Below are positions 1-9,672 of a stretch of DNA of 64,000 nt, in pieces. Source of the stretch: Anaerolineae bacterium (lineage in GTDB: Bacteria > Chloroflexota > Anaerolineae > UBA1429); assembly GCA_963675785.1 (NCBI GenBank), contig OY776562.1, positions 768,001 to 832,000 of the forward strand. Reading direction: 5' to 3'. The translations under genes were made by a program, and so were the position numbers. Numbering within the stretch: the stretch's first letter is position 1; each line of letters starts with the position of its first letter. Below the pieces are notes generated by a model. It made no database searches. It was not told where the DNA came from and saw only the letters and a list, made by a program, of their open reading frames with translations.

Positions 1-30
1 ACCCGTCTGAAAAGGTGAGGGTATTGGGCA

Positions 31-564
31 TTATGGCAGAGACCAGATGCCCAGTTTTTGTTCACGTGCGGCATCTTCGGCAGCATTGAGGGTGTCCTGT
101 CGAGCCGTATCGGGGTTGTAATAGCGGGCATCGGCCAGGCCTTGGCGCACGAGTTCCTCGTTCACCAGTGTGTCGCCCAACCAGACATAACGAAGCAGTC
201 GGCCGTATTGGTCGGTGTCTGAGGTATCGCGTTCCAGCACTATCGTCTGGTCCTCAACCAGCTCGGCGTTGTATTCGGCGGCTTCCTCGGCATAATCCTC
301 GGCGGAGCGGCTGTTGTTAGCTAGTTCGGGGGAGTTGATGCCGATATAGCGCACGCGGTATTCCTCGCCGTCGATCTCGGCGATGATGGTGTCGCCATCG
401 ACGACGCGTACGACTGTGGCATAGGTGGCATCCTCGGCGTCAACGCCGGAGGGCAGACGAAGCGGAGTGGCGCTCGGTTCTGGCGTGCGCGTGACCGTCA
501 ATGGGTCGCAACCTGCGGTCAGGATGAGGAGCAAGCTGACTGCAATCAGTCGCAGGCTTCTCAT
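31..564 (-). CDS. Thermonuclease (SNase) family lipoprotein
   Basis: Lipobox LTAGC and a Pro/Thr linker; SNase motifs VVDGDT, VRYIGINSPE, DQYGRLLRYV, NEELVRQGLA. Start placed at ATG 564 behind GAGGGG. Confidence 0.9.
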   Translation of the reverse strand: MRSLRLIAVSLLLILTAGCDPLTVTRTPEPSATPLRLPSGVDAEDATYATVVRVVDGDTIIAEIDGEEYRVRYIGINSPELANNSRSAEDYAEEAAEYNAELVEDQTIVLERDTSDTDQYGRLLRYVWLGDTLVNEELVRQGLADARYYNPDTARQDTLNAAEDAAREQKLGIWSLP

Positions 565-600
565 TCCCCTCAAACAATCACGCGCACGTGTCAGCATCTA

Positions 601-1476
601 TTACTTGGTGCGGATGGCGGAGGTAAATTCGGGAACGCCCTTGATGCCCAGATTCAGGTGGAACAGGGCACCAGCGTCCTTGCCGTCCTCATCCTTTTTG
701 TGGCCGCCGGCAGTGGTGATGTACATGTCCGTGTAATCCGGCCCGGCAAAGATCACGCTGGACACCTTTTTCGCCGGGAAGGTGATGCGCATGACTTCTT
801 TGCCCTCGGGGGTGTAGCGCACCAGGCAAGAGCCATCCCAGCGTGCCGACCAGACATAGCCCTCGGCGTCTACCGTCATGCCGTCGGGCGTGCCCTCTTC
901 ATTCTCCAAGGAGACGAAATCACGGCGATTACTGATTTCGCCGGTGACCTCGTCGTAATCGTACAGGTAGATCATCTTGGCCTTGGAGTCGGTGTGGTAC
1001 ATGCCCTTACCATCGGGCGTAAAGCCCATGCCGTTAGATGTGCCCACATTCTTCACCACCGGACGGATGCTTTCGTCGGTATCCAGGCGGTAAAGGATGC
1101 CCATCTGCTCACCGGTAGACATGGTGCCGCAGAACACGCGACCCTTGGGGTCGGCGATGACATCGTTGAACCGCGAGGTCTCTTCGCGTTCGATGGATTC
1201 AATGACTGTCTCGGTCTTACCGTCCCGCAGCACACGCACGGCGCCTTTGCCCATGAACAGCGCAAGGCTGCCATCGCACTGTACGGTAAAGCCGCCGATG
1301 GGGTCGTCATCCTCAGACTGCCAGTAGAGCTCGTGTTCGCCTGTGGCCGGATCGTAACGGAACAGTTTGCCGGTGGGAATATCGCACCAGTAAAGGCGCT
1401 GCTCGGCTTCATGCCAAAAGGGGCCTTCGCCAGTGGCGCAGGCATAATCGGCGATCAGTTTCGGTGTCGTATTCAT
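601..1476 (-). CDS. SMP-30/gluconolactonase/LRE family sugar lactonase
   Basis: Motifs GEGPFW, RFNDVIADPKGR, SNGMGF, PDGMTVDAEG; GAGGAG RBS before ATG 1476. Confidence 0.92.
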   Translation of the reverse strand: MNTTPKLIADYACATGEGPFWHEAEQRLYWCDIPTGKLFRYDPATGEHELYWQSEDDDPIGGFTVQCDGSLALFMGKGAVRVLRDGKTETVIESIEREETSRFNDVIADPKGRVFCGTMSTGEQMGILYRLDTDESIRPVVKNVGTSNGMGFTPDGKGMYHTDSKAKMIYLYDYDEVTGEISNRRDFVSLENEEGTPDGMTVDAEGYVWSARWDGSCLVRYTPEGKEVMRITFPAKKVSSVIFAGPDYTDMYITTAGGHKKDEDGKDAGALFHLNLGIKGVPEFTSAIRTK

Positions 1477-1489
1477 ATCTGTCTCCTCG

Positions 1490-3925
1490 TTACAGCGTTC
1501 GTTCGGCACGCAAAGATACAGGCCCCAGGATACCGGAGGGCAGTTGCACCCCTTCGTATTCGTTGGCCATGCTGTTGGTTACTTTGATGCAGAGCTGGTG
1601 CTCGCCCGCTTTAATGCTCCCCAGTTTGAACACATAAGGCGTCCAGGAACATGCCCCCACTTTCTTCCCATCCAGGCTGACCTCGGCGATGTCGCCCACT
1701 TGGCCCAGATCGAGGTACAGTGGTTGTCCGACTAGGTCTGACGCCAGATTCAAGATCGCCTCAAAGCTCACGCTGCCGGTGAATAGCTCCCAGCCAGCCA
1801 CCTGAGCCCAATCACCGGGGCAGGGCAGTTCGACCGCTTTGCCGCAGCAAGAGGCTTTCCAAGCTAGCGTCAACTCGCTCAACACGTCGCCGGCGGTTAC
1901 CGGGCGTGGTGCGTCGGCTGATGGTACCCCGGCGGGATCGACGGCCAGCACCGCGATCTGTCGTCGCTCGATGTGCAGGTCCAGTTCCAGTCCGCGTGTT
2001 GTGATCTCGGCAGGGCAAGGGGCAGTGGTGTTCTCATAGGGCAACCACAGCTCCACTTTGCCGGTAGCGCGCAGGCACAGGTGCGTGTCGATGGCTGCCT
2101 CGCCCTCATTAAAGAGAATATAATACTCAAGGCTGTCTTTGCGATAGTGTTCCATGCGCAAGTCGGGGGCATTCTCGGCGGCCAAATCAGCGCCAGCAAA
2201 GGCCACTATGGCTTTTGCCAGGGTCTCTTCCTGCCAGTTTTCGATGACCAATAGGCCGGCAGCGCTCAGTTCGTCCAGTCTGGCGCGCAGGGCTGGCGTC
2301 ATGGGGGCGCCGTCTACGATGATGACGCGAAAGGCCATGTCGCCGATGAGTGCGCGCCCGTTGGCCAGAGTCGTCGCCTTCAGGGCAGTCTCATCCACAT
2401 AGCAAAAGTCGATCTGTGACTGGTAAAGCGCCTTGGCTGCTTCCCAGCCCAGATGGTTGCTATCCCCCAGGATGGCCACATCGGTGATCATCTTGCCGCC
2501 GCTGGTCAGCCAACAAAGCCGGCGTACATGGTCGGCGATGGGCTCCCAGTAGGGCCACCAGACATTGTTGCGCCCCAGGGCCGGTTCGGATTCCCAGGCG
2601 CGGCGGTCGCGGATGGTGTAGAAAAAGGCGTGCGGGTAAAAGAGGTTGTTGCCGCGGATGATGTGCCAATCGAACAGCCACTTGGCTTCGTCCAGGGTTA
2701 GCTTCCAGCCGTAGGCGCCCAACACTTCGCTGGTGTTGCGCTCACAAGAAGCGAGGGCAGCGGCGCTGCTGGCGCCTTTGGGGGCGATGCTGTGAATGCC
2801 CTCCAACCCCGAGCCGTTATTCGGCTCGACATAATTCCAAACCATATCCTGCCCCGGCCACTGGAAGAGCCGCAATGAGCCCAACTCGTTGCTCTCGGCG
2901 GGGTGCCCCGTTAGGGCGATGCCGTGGGCCACGCACCACTCGCTTTGAGCCTTGTAGAACACACGCTCCAATCGGTCGTAAACGGCGCGGTCATAGGCGG
3001 CGCGCAACTCTTCTGTCTTGGGGCCGCAATCGTACCACATCACCGGCAGCCACTTGGCTGCGTCCTCGCCCCACACCGCTTTGATGTCCTCCATAAAACC
3101 GGTGGTGAACGGTTGAGCCATGCGCCCATAACGGGTGCCCCTGCCCATCACGCCGGGTTCATCGGTGAACATGGCCAACACGGTCGTGCCGAAATACTCT
3201 TTGAGGTTCTCGTAATAAGCGTCGTGGGTGATGCGGATAAAGGCGGCGACGGCTTCTGGGCTGAGGATGTCGCCTGCTGCGGGTGCGGTGGCGTGGGCAT
3301 CCTCTTGTTCAGCATGAACGCCGCGAATGGTCGCCCCTGAGAAGACCTGCCAGGCCGATAAAAGCAGCCAGCGACCCTCGGGCACGTCGTAATGCAAAAT
3401 ATCGTGCTCCAAGATGGGCAGCTCAGTCAGAGAATCGGGATCGAGGGTATTATCATCCAACAGACGACCTTGCACCACAGCGATGAGCTTGTTGCACAGC
3501 GCTCGGCTCGAATTTGGCCGCCAATAGCCAGAAGCCGGCCCTTCGATCTCGCGTTTGACCGGGATGAGGCACTTGTTGGCATAGTCGGGGTTTTCGGCCA
3601 CCACTTGGCCCACCGCCGAACCGGAGGGATAACCTCCCTCATCATACAGTACCACTTTCATACCCAACTCGCTGGCCCGTTTGACGCAGGTCTTGACCAG
3701 CTTGAAAAACTCTTCTGATAGATAGCCAACGCGGTGGGTGAGGCCCGTGCGGGCGTGGGGAATAAAACCGCCAAACCCCCACTCATAGAATTCTTCTAGC
3801 TGTTCGAGGAGACCCTCTTCGGTGATGTCATCGTTCCAAAACCAAAAGGGGATCAGACCGTTTTCACGCGGTGGATCGGCGAAAAGTGCTCTGGCAGTAT
3901 CGAGTGCATCGGGTTTGACAGTCAT
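1490..3925 (-). CDS. GH106-like glycoside hydrolase (alpha-L-rhamnosidase-like) with C-terminal sugar-binding domain
   Basis: Motifs PFWFWND, LYDEGGYPSG, FTDEP, TGH, C-terminal LDLG...SGILGPV; AGGAGG RBS before ATG 3925. Confidence 0.75.
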   Translation of the reverse strand: MTVKPDALDTARALFADPPRENGLIPFWFWNDDITEEGLLEQLEEFYEWGFGGFIPHARTGLTHRVGYLSEEFFKLVKTCVKRASELGMKVVLYDEGGYPSGSAVGQVVAENPDYANKCLIPVKREIEGPASGYWRPNSSRALCNKLIAVVQGRLLDDNTLDPDSLTELPILEHDILHYDVPEGRWLLLSAWQVFSGATIRGVHAEQEDAHATAPAAGDILSPEAVAAFIRITHDAYYENLKEYFGTTVLAMFTDEPGVMGRGTRYGRMAQPFTTGFMEDIKAVWGEDAAKWLPVMWYDCGPKTEELRAAYDRAVYDRLERVFYKAQSEWCVAHGIALTGHPAESNELGSLRLFQWPGQDMVWNYVEPNNGSGLEGIHSIAPKGASSAAALASCERNTSEVLGAYGWKLTLDEAKWLFDWHIIRGNNLFYPHAFFYTIRDRRAWESEPALGRNNVWWPYWEPIADHVRRLCWLTSGGKMITDVAILGDSNHLGWEAAKALYQSQIDFCYVDETALKATTLANGRALIGDMAFRVIIVDGAPMTPALRARLDELSAAGLLVIENWQEETLAKAIVAFAGADLAAENAPDLRMEHYRKDSLEYYILFNEGEAAIDTHLCLRATGKVELWLPYENTTAPCPAEITTRGLELDLHIERRQIAVLAVDPAGVPSADAPRPVTAGDVLSELTLAWKASCCGKAVELPCPGDWAQVAGWELFTGSVSFEAILNLASDLVGQPLYLDLGQVGDIAEVSLDGKKVGACSWTPYVFKLGSIKAGEHQLCIKVTNSMANEYEGVQLPSGILGPVSLRAERTL

Positions 3926-3954
3926 CGGGTTATCCTCCTGCCGTGCGGCTATCC

Positions 3955-3991
3955 AAAAACAGACTGGCGACGCCAAAAACGTCGCCAGTCT
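3955..3991 (-). terminator. Intrinsic terminator / intercistronic hairpin
   Basis: Perfect 12-bp stem AGACTGGCGACG/CGTCGCCAGTCT, followed on the minus strand by GTTTTT. Confidence 0.75.
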
Positions 3992-4010
3992 CTTTCATAG
4001 CATGTTGTCT

Positions 4011-5117
4011 CTAGCGATCGCTTTTGGCGATCAGATTCTTGAGCATCGCTTCGTAAGCGGCGCCATCCAACGGAAGGTCAATGGGACGCTTTTCAAATGA
4101 AGACATGATCATGGCGCAGGCCATTTCGACGGCACTCAGGCCTTCTTCGGCGGGAGCGATGAGGGGTACGCCGTCAAGGATGGCATCCACAAAGTTCTGG
4201 GTGATCTCGACATGCTGTCCGCCGTGACCAGAGGTCGGGATATCGCAGTTCCATATGTCGATGTGACCAAACTTTTCGTCGGTCGTGCGACTGTATTCAT
4301 CACTGGGGATCTCGTTACGTGTAAACGTGGTCTTGCCGTTCTCGCTGACCACTTTGCCGCGTGTACCCACGATCTCTAGGCGGTTGGTGCCCGGGGCTTC
4401 GCCGGTGGTGGTCACAAAGATGCCCGTTGCGCCGTTGGGATACTCAAAGAAGGCTGTGACCTCGTCCTCAACCTCGATGTCGTGGTACTTGCCGAGGTAG
4501 CAATTTGCCTGAATGCGTGAGGGCTTGCCGCACAGCCACTGGAACAGGTCCAGGTTGTGAGGGCATTGGTTCAAGAGCACGCCGCCGCCTTCACCCTTCC
4601 AGGTGGCACGCCAGCCGCCGTGGCGATAATAGGCTTCGGTGCGGAACCAGTTGGTGATGATCCAGTTCGTGCGGGTGATCTCGCCCAGTTCGCCGTCTTC
4701 GATGAGCTTCTTGACGCGGGTATAGTTGGGATCGGTGCGCTGGTTGAACATGGCCGCGAAAACCAGGCTCTTGTCGGTGTGGGCGGCAATCAGACGTTCG
4801 GCGTCAGCCTTGTGTACCGAGAGCGGCTTTTCTACTAACACATGCAGCCCGTTTTGCAGGGCGTCGATGCCGATGGTGGTATGGCCATAGTGCGGCGTGG
4901 CAATGAATACGGCGTCCACATCACCAGAACGAATCAGCTCGGCGCTGTCGGCATAGGTCTTGACACCCCATGCTTCCTCAGCCTTGGCGCGTACTTTTGG
5001 GTCGATATCACAAAGTGCGGCCAGCTCGGCACGCTTGATCTTGCCTGTGGCAAAAAACTCGGCCTCACCCCATCCGCGGATGCCAGCACCAATGACGCCA
5101 ACTCTTACTTTTTCCAT
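4011..5117 (-). CDS. Gfo/Idh/MocA family oxidoreductase
   Basis: Rossmann GVIGAG, ATPHYGH, VEKP, GGGVLLNQCPH. Confidence 0.92.
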   Translation of the reverse strand: MEKVRVGVIGAGIRGWGEAEFFATGKIKRAELAALCDIDPKVRAKAEEAWGVKTYADSAELIRSGDVDAVFIATPHYGHTTIGIDALQNGLHVLVEKPLSVHKADAERLIAAHTDKSLVFAAMFNQRTDPNYTRVKKLIEDGELGEITRTNWIITNWFRTEAYYRHGGWRATWKGEGGGVLLNQCPHNLDLFQWLCGKPSRIQANCYLGKYHDIEVEDEVTAFFEYPNGATGIFVTTTGEAPGTNRLEIVGTRGKVVSENGKTTFTRNEIPSDEYSRTTDEKFGHIDIWNCDIPTSGHGGQHVEITQNFVDAILDGVPLIAPAEEGLSAVEMACAMIMSSFEKRPIDLPLDGAAYEAMLKNLIAKSDR

Positions 5118-5481
5118 ACTGTACTTCTCCTATAAATTGAATGCGCCTCATAAGGAGGTTGCCGTTGCTCAGAGGCCCTGTTTCACACTAGGCCAAGTGC
5201 TTTTAGAATACCACCGCTTGCCATTTGGTCAAGCGCGATAGCTACTAGATATGCTCCGACCAGCCTAGTCGCGCAAATTCTGGCATTTTGCGCCAAAAGA
5301 CTGAGGATGCAAAAGATTTCCTCCGCGCCTGAGAGTGGCAATTATTTCGGGCTCAATCGAGTCATCCGCGACTGAGCCATCACGTGGTCTAGGGTGATCC
5401 TTTAAATCATGATATGATGATCTTGTAAATTCATGTCGTAACGTAGATGATTCTAGAAAAGATGCTAAAAGGAGATGAGAA

Positions 5482-7215
5482 ATGGTTGATCTGAGGGCCA
5501 AGCCTTTTTACCTCGATGATGAAGGTCTCCAGTGGGTTGAGGATACTATTGCTGACATGTCACTGGACGAAAAAATCGGCCAGCTATTCATGCTGATGCG
5601 CAAATCACTGGATTCGCAGGATATCAAGAATACACTTGATACTTACCATCAGGCCGGCCTGCGCTATCGGAACGAAGATCGGAAAACCATTTGGCAGCAG
5701 AATAAAGATTATCAAGAGAACTCTAGAATCCCCTTGTTTATTGCTGCCAACTGTGACAATGGTGGTGATGGTGCTATGAGCGATGGCACGTTCATCGCCA
5801 CCGCCGCTGAAGCTGCCGCCAGCGATTCGACTGAGACAGCCTATAACATTGGTTTGGTTTCCGGTCGAGAGGCCGCTGCCGTGGGCTGCAATTGGACGTT
5901 CAACCCTTGCTGCGACATCTTTATGAACTGGCGTAACACCATTGTCAACACCCGCTGTTTCGGCGATAACGCTGATCAGGTTATCAATAATATCCGTGCC
6001 TTTATCGAGGGTGTGCATCAAAGTGGCGTGGCGTGTTGCTGTAAGCATTTTCCTGGCGATGGTGTAGAAGAGCGTGACCAGCACCTCGTCTTGGGTGTGA
6101 ACGATCTGTCTGTAGAGGAATGGGACGTCTCTTTTCGCCAGGTGTATCAGACCATGATCGACGAGGGTCTGGAGAGCATTATGGTGGGTCACATCGCTCT
6201 GCCTGAGATGAGCCGCAAGCTCCGGCCTGGCATCAAGGACAGCGAGATCATGCCAGCAACACTCGCCCCCGAGCTTCTCACCGATTTGCTGCGTGGCGAG
6301 ATGGGCTTCAATGGACTGATCATCACCGATGCTTCTCACATGGCGGGCATCGCCTGCATGGAGAGGCGTGAGATCGCTGTACCTAGTGCCATTGCCAGTG
6401 GCTGTGATTTATTCCTCTATACCAATGATGAGGAAGAAGATTTTGGCTATATGAAGGCTGGCCTCGAGAACGGCACCATCACTGCTGAGCGCCTCTCGGA
6501 TGCATTGCATCGCATTCTGGGTCTCAAAGCCCGATTGCATCTGTACAAGCGCGAAAGGCTATTCCCTCCGGAGAGTGGTCTGGCAGTTGTTGGTTGTGAG
6601 GAGCACCTCAAGTTGGCCGAAAAAGCGGCCGAGGATTGCATTACCCTGGTTAAAGACACTCGGAACAATCTGCCCATAGATCCCGAGAAGCAAAAGCGTG
6701 CCCGTTTGGTTTATATCCAGTCCACGCCCAACAGCAAATCTTACAAAGGCGACCCCGTGCGGGATGTGGTGGTAGAAGAGTTGGAAGCTGCTGGCTTTGA
6801 GGTGGACATCGCCCCCAACTTTCACGACCTAGAAGTGGAATACGGTCCGCGTATGGAGAACATGCGCATCATGATGGAATGCGGCAAAATGGAGGATTTT
6901 CGTGCTCGCTATGATGTCGTTTTCCTGGTGCTTAACATCAAAGGCTATGCTCAAGAAAATGACGTGCGTGTGCGCTGGAGCGCCAACCACTCCAATGAAC
7001 TGCCCTGGTATGTTACCGAGGTGCCTACAGTGGGCATTAGTTTGAACTATACCAACCATCTGATTGATGTCCCCCAAGTTCACGCTTTTGTGAATGCTTA
7101 TGACAGCACCCGCACTAGCATTCGCAGTGCTATCGCCAAGATTATTGGCAAAAGCGAATTCAAGGGCATTCCTAGCGAAACTGTTTTTTGCGGCAAATGG
7201 GATACTCGTTTGTAG
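5482..7215 (+). CDS. GH3 glycoside hydrolase (beta-hexosaminidase/glucosidase-like)
   Basis: Motifs EKIGQLF, KHFPGDG, IMVGH, GFNGLIITDA (nucleophile Asp); AGGAG RBS. Confidence 0.9.
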   Translation: MVDLRAKPFYLDDEGLQWVEDTIADMSLDEKIGQLFMLMRKSLDSQDIKNTLDTYHQAGLRYRNEDRKTIWQQNKDYQENSRIPLFIAANCDNGGDGAMSDGTFIATAAEAAASDSTETAYNIGLVSGREAAAVGCNWTFNPCCDIFMNWRNTIVNTRCFGDNADQVINNIRAFIEGVHQSGVACCCKHFPGDGVEERDQHLVLGVNDLSVEEWDVSFRQVYQTMIDEGLESIMVGHIALPEMSRKLRPGIKDSEIMPATLAPELLTDLLRGEMGFNGLIITDASHMAGIACMERREIAVPSAIASGCDLFLYTNDEEEDFGYMKAGLENGTITAERLSDALHRILGLKARLHLYKRERLFPPESGLAVVGCEEHLKLAEKAAEDCITLVKDTRNNLPIDPEKQKRARLVYIQSTPNSKSYKGDPVRDVVVEELEAAGFEVDIAPNFHDLEVEYGPRMENMRIMMECGKMEDFRARYDVVFLVLNIKGYAQENDVRVRWSANHSNELPWYVTEVPTVGISLNYTNHLIDVPQVHAFVNAYDSTRTSIRSAIAKIIGKSEFKGIPSETVFCGKWDTRL

Positions 7216-7234
7216 TAGGGTTTTCTACAAAAGG

Positions 7235-7273
7235 AAAGAGGCCCTTTGCTAGACATTGCAAGGGCCTCTTTTT
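7235..7273. terminator. Bidirectional intrinsic terminator
   Basis: AAAGAGGCCCT...AGGGCCTCTTTTT between convergent genes. Confidence 0.8.
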
Positions 7274-7275
7274 AC

Positions 7276-8286
7276 CTAGAGCTGGAACGGCGGCTGACTA
7301 AAGATCATATCCGAGATATTTTGTCCCAGAATCTCGTAACCATCGCCATCGGGATGCAGTTCATCGGGCAAATGGCTGACCTGCGCTTTGCCAAAGGCAT
7401 CCAACCCCGAGAAATAATAGAGGTTGCTGTCGCCGGCCTCGCGCAAGCGCTGCACGGCTTCTTCCACTTGCTCGCGCATCAAGCGCAACGACATGCCCAC
7501 TAGGTTGGGTGTGTTCTCTCGCGGTGGCGAGATGATGGGTGAGATGACACCGATGGGCGTGTTGGGGTGCTTTTCGCGAATGATACGCACAAAGCCGATG
7601 ATCGCCGCCCGAAAAGTACGGTCCGAGAGGGACGAGGCCCCCTGCACGTTGATGCCCAGTTTCAGGGTGATCACATCAGCGGGCAGATCGCGGATCATCA
7701 TGGCTACCATAGGTTCCAGGTGGCAGTTTCCGCCATAGCCCAGGCAAGTCAGGTTCAAGTCCTGTTCGCGAGCCACGGTAGCCGGCCAGGTACGCGCCGG
7801 GCTGTGGGCCGCGCGGCAGTGGGTGATCGAGCTGCCGTAGGCAATCCAACGCGGACGCTCATCCTGCACGGGAGCCACGTTGGTGTCATCAGCCACGCGC
7901 AGCTTTTTCAACACACAGGGGAAAAACTGCGGCAGCCAAATCTCCACCGGACGCATTTCCTCGCCCAGGTTCTCAAAGCGCACCACGTCTTTGCCGTCCG
8001 GCAGGCGCCTGCTCTGTACCAATTCCGAACCCACGGTCAGGTCAAAGATGCGCTTGTCGCCCTCGACGCTGCTTTCGGGTTGCACCGTCAACTCGATGAT
8101 CGGTGAATCGGTGGCAAAGATCAGCCGCACGCCGGCTAGCTGCTCTGCTTTGAGAGGCAAAGCGTCGTCTGGCGGATAAAGGGCCAGCTCCTTGTAAGGC
8201 AATCGCCAGGGCTTTAATCCGTCGCGAACCGTCTCGATAGAGACAGCGCCCTGAATCATCTGGTGGGTAATGAGGATATCTTGCAT
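7276..8286 (-). CDS. SGNH/GDSL hydrolase family esterase
   Basis: YGSSIT, LGYGG, LGIN and DELHP blocks. Start placed at ATG 8286. Confidence 0.85.
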   Translation of the reverse strand: MQDILITHQMIQGAVSIETVRDGLKPWRLPYKELALYPPDDALPLKAEQLAGVRLIFATDSPIIELTVQPESSVEGDKRIFDLTVGSELVQSRRLPDGKDVVRFENLGEEMRPVEIWLPQFFPCVLKKLRVADDTNVAPVQDERPRWIAYGSSITHCRAAHSPARTWPATVAREQDLNLTCLGYGGNCHLEPMVAMMIRDLPADVITLKLGINVQGASSLSDRTFRAAIIGFVRIIREKHPNTPIGVISPIISPPRENTPNLVGMSLRLMREQVEEAVQRLREAGDSNLYYFSGLDAFGKAQVSHLPDELHPDGDGYEILGQNISDMIFSQPPFQL

Positions 8287-8385
8287 ATTCTTCTTTCTAT
8301 TTGGTGGGCACGTGCTACATAGGATTAAGGGTAACCTCATTTTAGCCAGTGTACAAGCATATGCAATGGCACCTTGGACCACTTA

Positions 8386-8429
8386 AAAAGACATGGCTGA
8401 TGTGATACTAGACTCTAGCCATGTCTTTT
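8386..8429 (-). terminator. Terminator-like hairpin downstream of the AraC gene
   Basis: 13-bp inverted repeat AAAAGACATGGCT/AGCCATGTCTTTT. Confidence 0.65.
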
Positions 8430-8550
8430 GGGGGTTGGGTTGCTAAAAGGCTTTGCGGGCTGGCACGTTGCTATCCATCACTTTCTTTGATGGCAGCATT
8501 GGCGGCCGTGCCAGTCAGACGCTTGTAGAGAATCTACATCTCCTGGTTGA

Positions 8551-9432
8551 TTAGTTTTGTATCTCTCTGACGGGGTGTAATTCGATGTATCCTCTTGTCC
8601 CGATTGGTTCGAGCTGAATTCTGGGATTGGATTCATCCCAGTAGTAGCCAATGAGGGATGGATCATACTTTTGGATCGCATTCCAAATCTCTTCGATTGC
8701 CTGAACATAGTCCTCTTCGGCAAAAGGTTCCCCTCTAAACAAGAGGTACTTGGCGGCAGGCAGTTCAATCAAGTCCAAGTCTTCTGGAATCACCCCGTCA
8801 TAATCCAGAGGCACTTCTACACCTTGCACATATTCCGAAGTCCCCGATTTGATATAAGCAGGCGGAAGCCAAAGGCTGACGGGTTCGCCACTGATAGACT
8901 TGATGCTAGTAAGCAGTCCCCAAATGTCACATCCAACTTCTTCACAATAAGCGAGGTAATTGGTAGCTTTTATTCCACGCTTGATGAGGACCTTTCGTGG
9001 TTGTTTTTCAACCAATTGAACAAAAACTGTTTTTGTGCTCTCCATTTGTTTTCCCTTTCGTTTAACTTGAGATGTGACTCTGTAGGGTGTGAAAAGATAC
9101 AAAGGAACGGGACTGTTGGCGTATTCTCGAGGGTTACATCCAAACTCACGAAAGAACGCACGTTGATAACCGTCCACACTGCCAAAGCCAAGTTCTAGGG
9201 CAATATCTATGATTTTGCATGGATCATCTCGTAACCTGAGTGCGGATTTCGACAAGCGAAGCCGTCGAATATAGACAGCCGGCGTCATGTTTGTCCATCG
9301 AGAAAATAGCCGGTGAGAATACCACGGAGAGAAAAATGACGCTTCGGACAAGTCGGCAAGTGTGATATTTTCAGCTAGATGCGCCTCGATATAATCTTGC
9401 ATTCGCTGAACGGCTTGAATCTGTTCTTTCAT
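8551..9432 (-). CDS. AraC family transcriptional regulator with C-terminal GyrI-like effector domain
   Basis: N-terminal double HTH (YIRRLRLSKSA...IIDIALELGFGSVDGYQRAF) plus GyrI-like C-terminus; AGGAGG RBS. Confidence 0.9.
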   Translation of the reverse strand: MKEQIQAVQRMQDYIEAHLAENITLADLSEASFFSPWYSHRLFSRWTNMTPAVYIRRLRLSKSALRLRDDPCKIIDIALELGFGSVDGYQRAFFREFGCNPREYANSPVPLYLFTPYRVTSQVKRKGKQMESTKTVFVQLVEKQPRKVLIKRGIKATNYLAYCEEVGCDIWGLLTSIKSISGEPVSLWLPPAYIKSGTSEYVQGVEVPLDYDGVIPEDLDLIELPAAKYLLFRGEPFAEEDYVQAIEEIWNAIQKYDPSLIGYYWDESNPRIQLEPIGTRGYIELHPVREIQN

Positions 9433-9556
9433 CTATCCTCCTTGTAGCTTCATTATACGGTCACAAACAAGGAATTTCTCGACTATTTTTGCTCTTGGCA
9501 GAGAAGATGATCTATCTTTTCTCCTTGTGCAGCGTTGCCAGGATACTCCGTATGAC

Positions 9557-9593
9557 AAAAAACAGAGCGAATCCTTTAAATGGATTCGCTCTG
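9557..9593 (-). terminator. Intrinsic terminator after the GH36 gene
   Basis: CAGAGCGAATCC/GGATTCGCTCTG stem with a T-run on the minus strand. Confidence 0.8.
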
Positions 9594-9672
9594 CTCAATG
9601 AACATGATTCTGAGAGAGTATTTGCAGAGAACAGGTTTTCGATTTGACGCTTGTCTTAAGCTGTCTTTTTAT

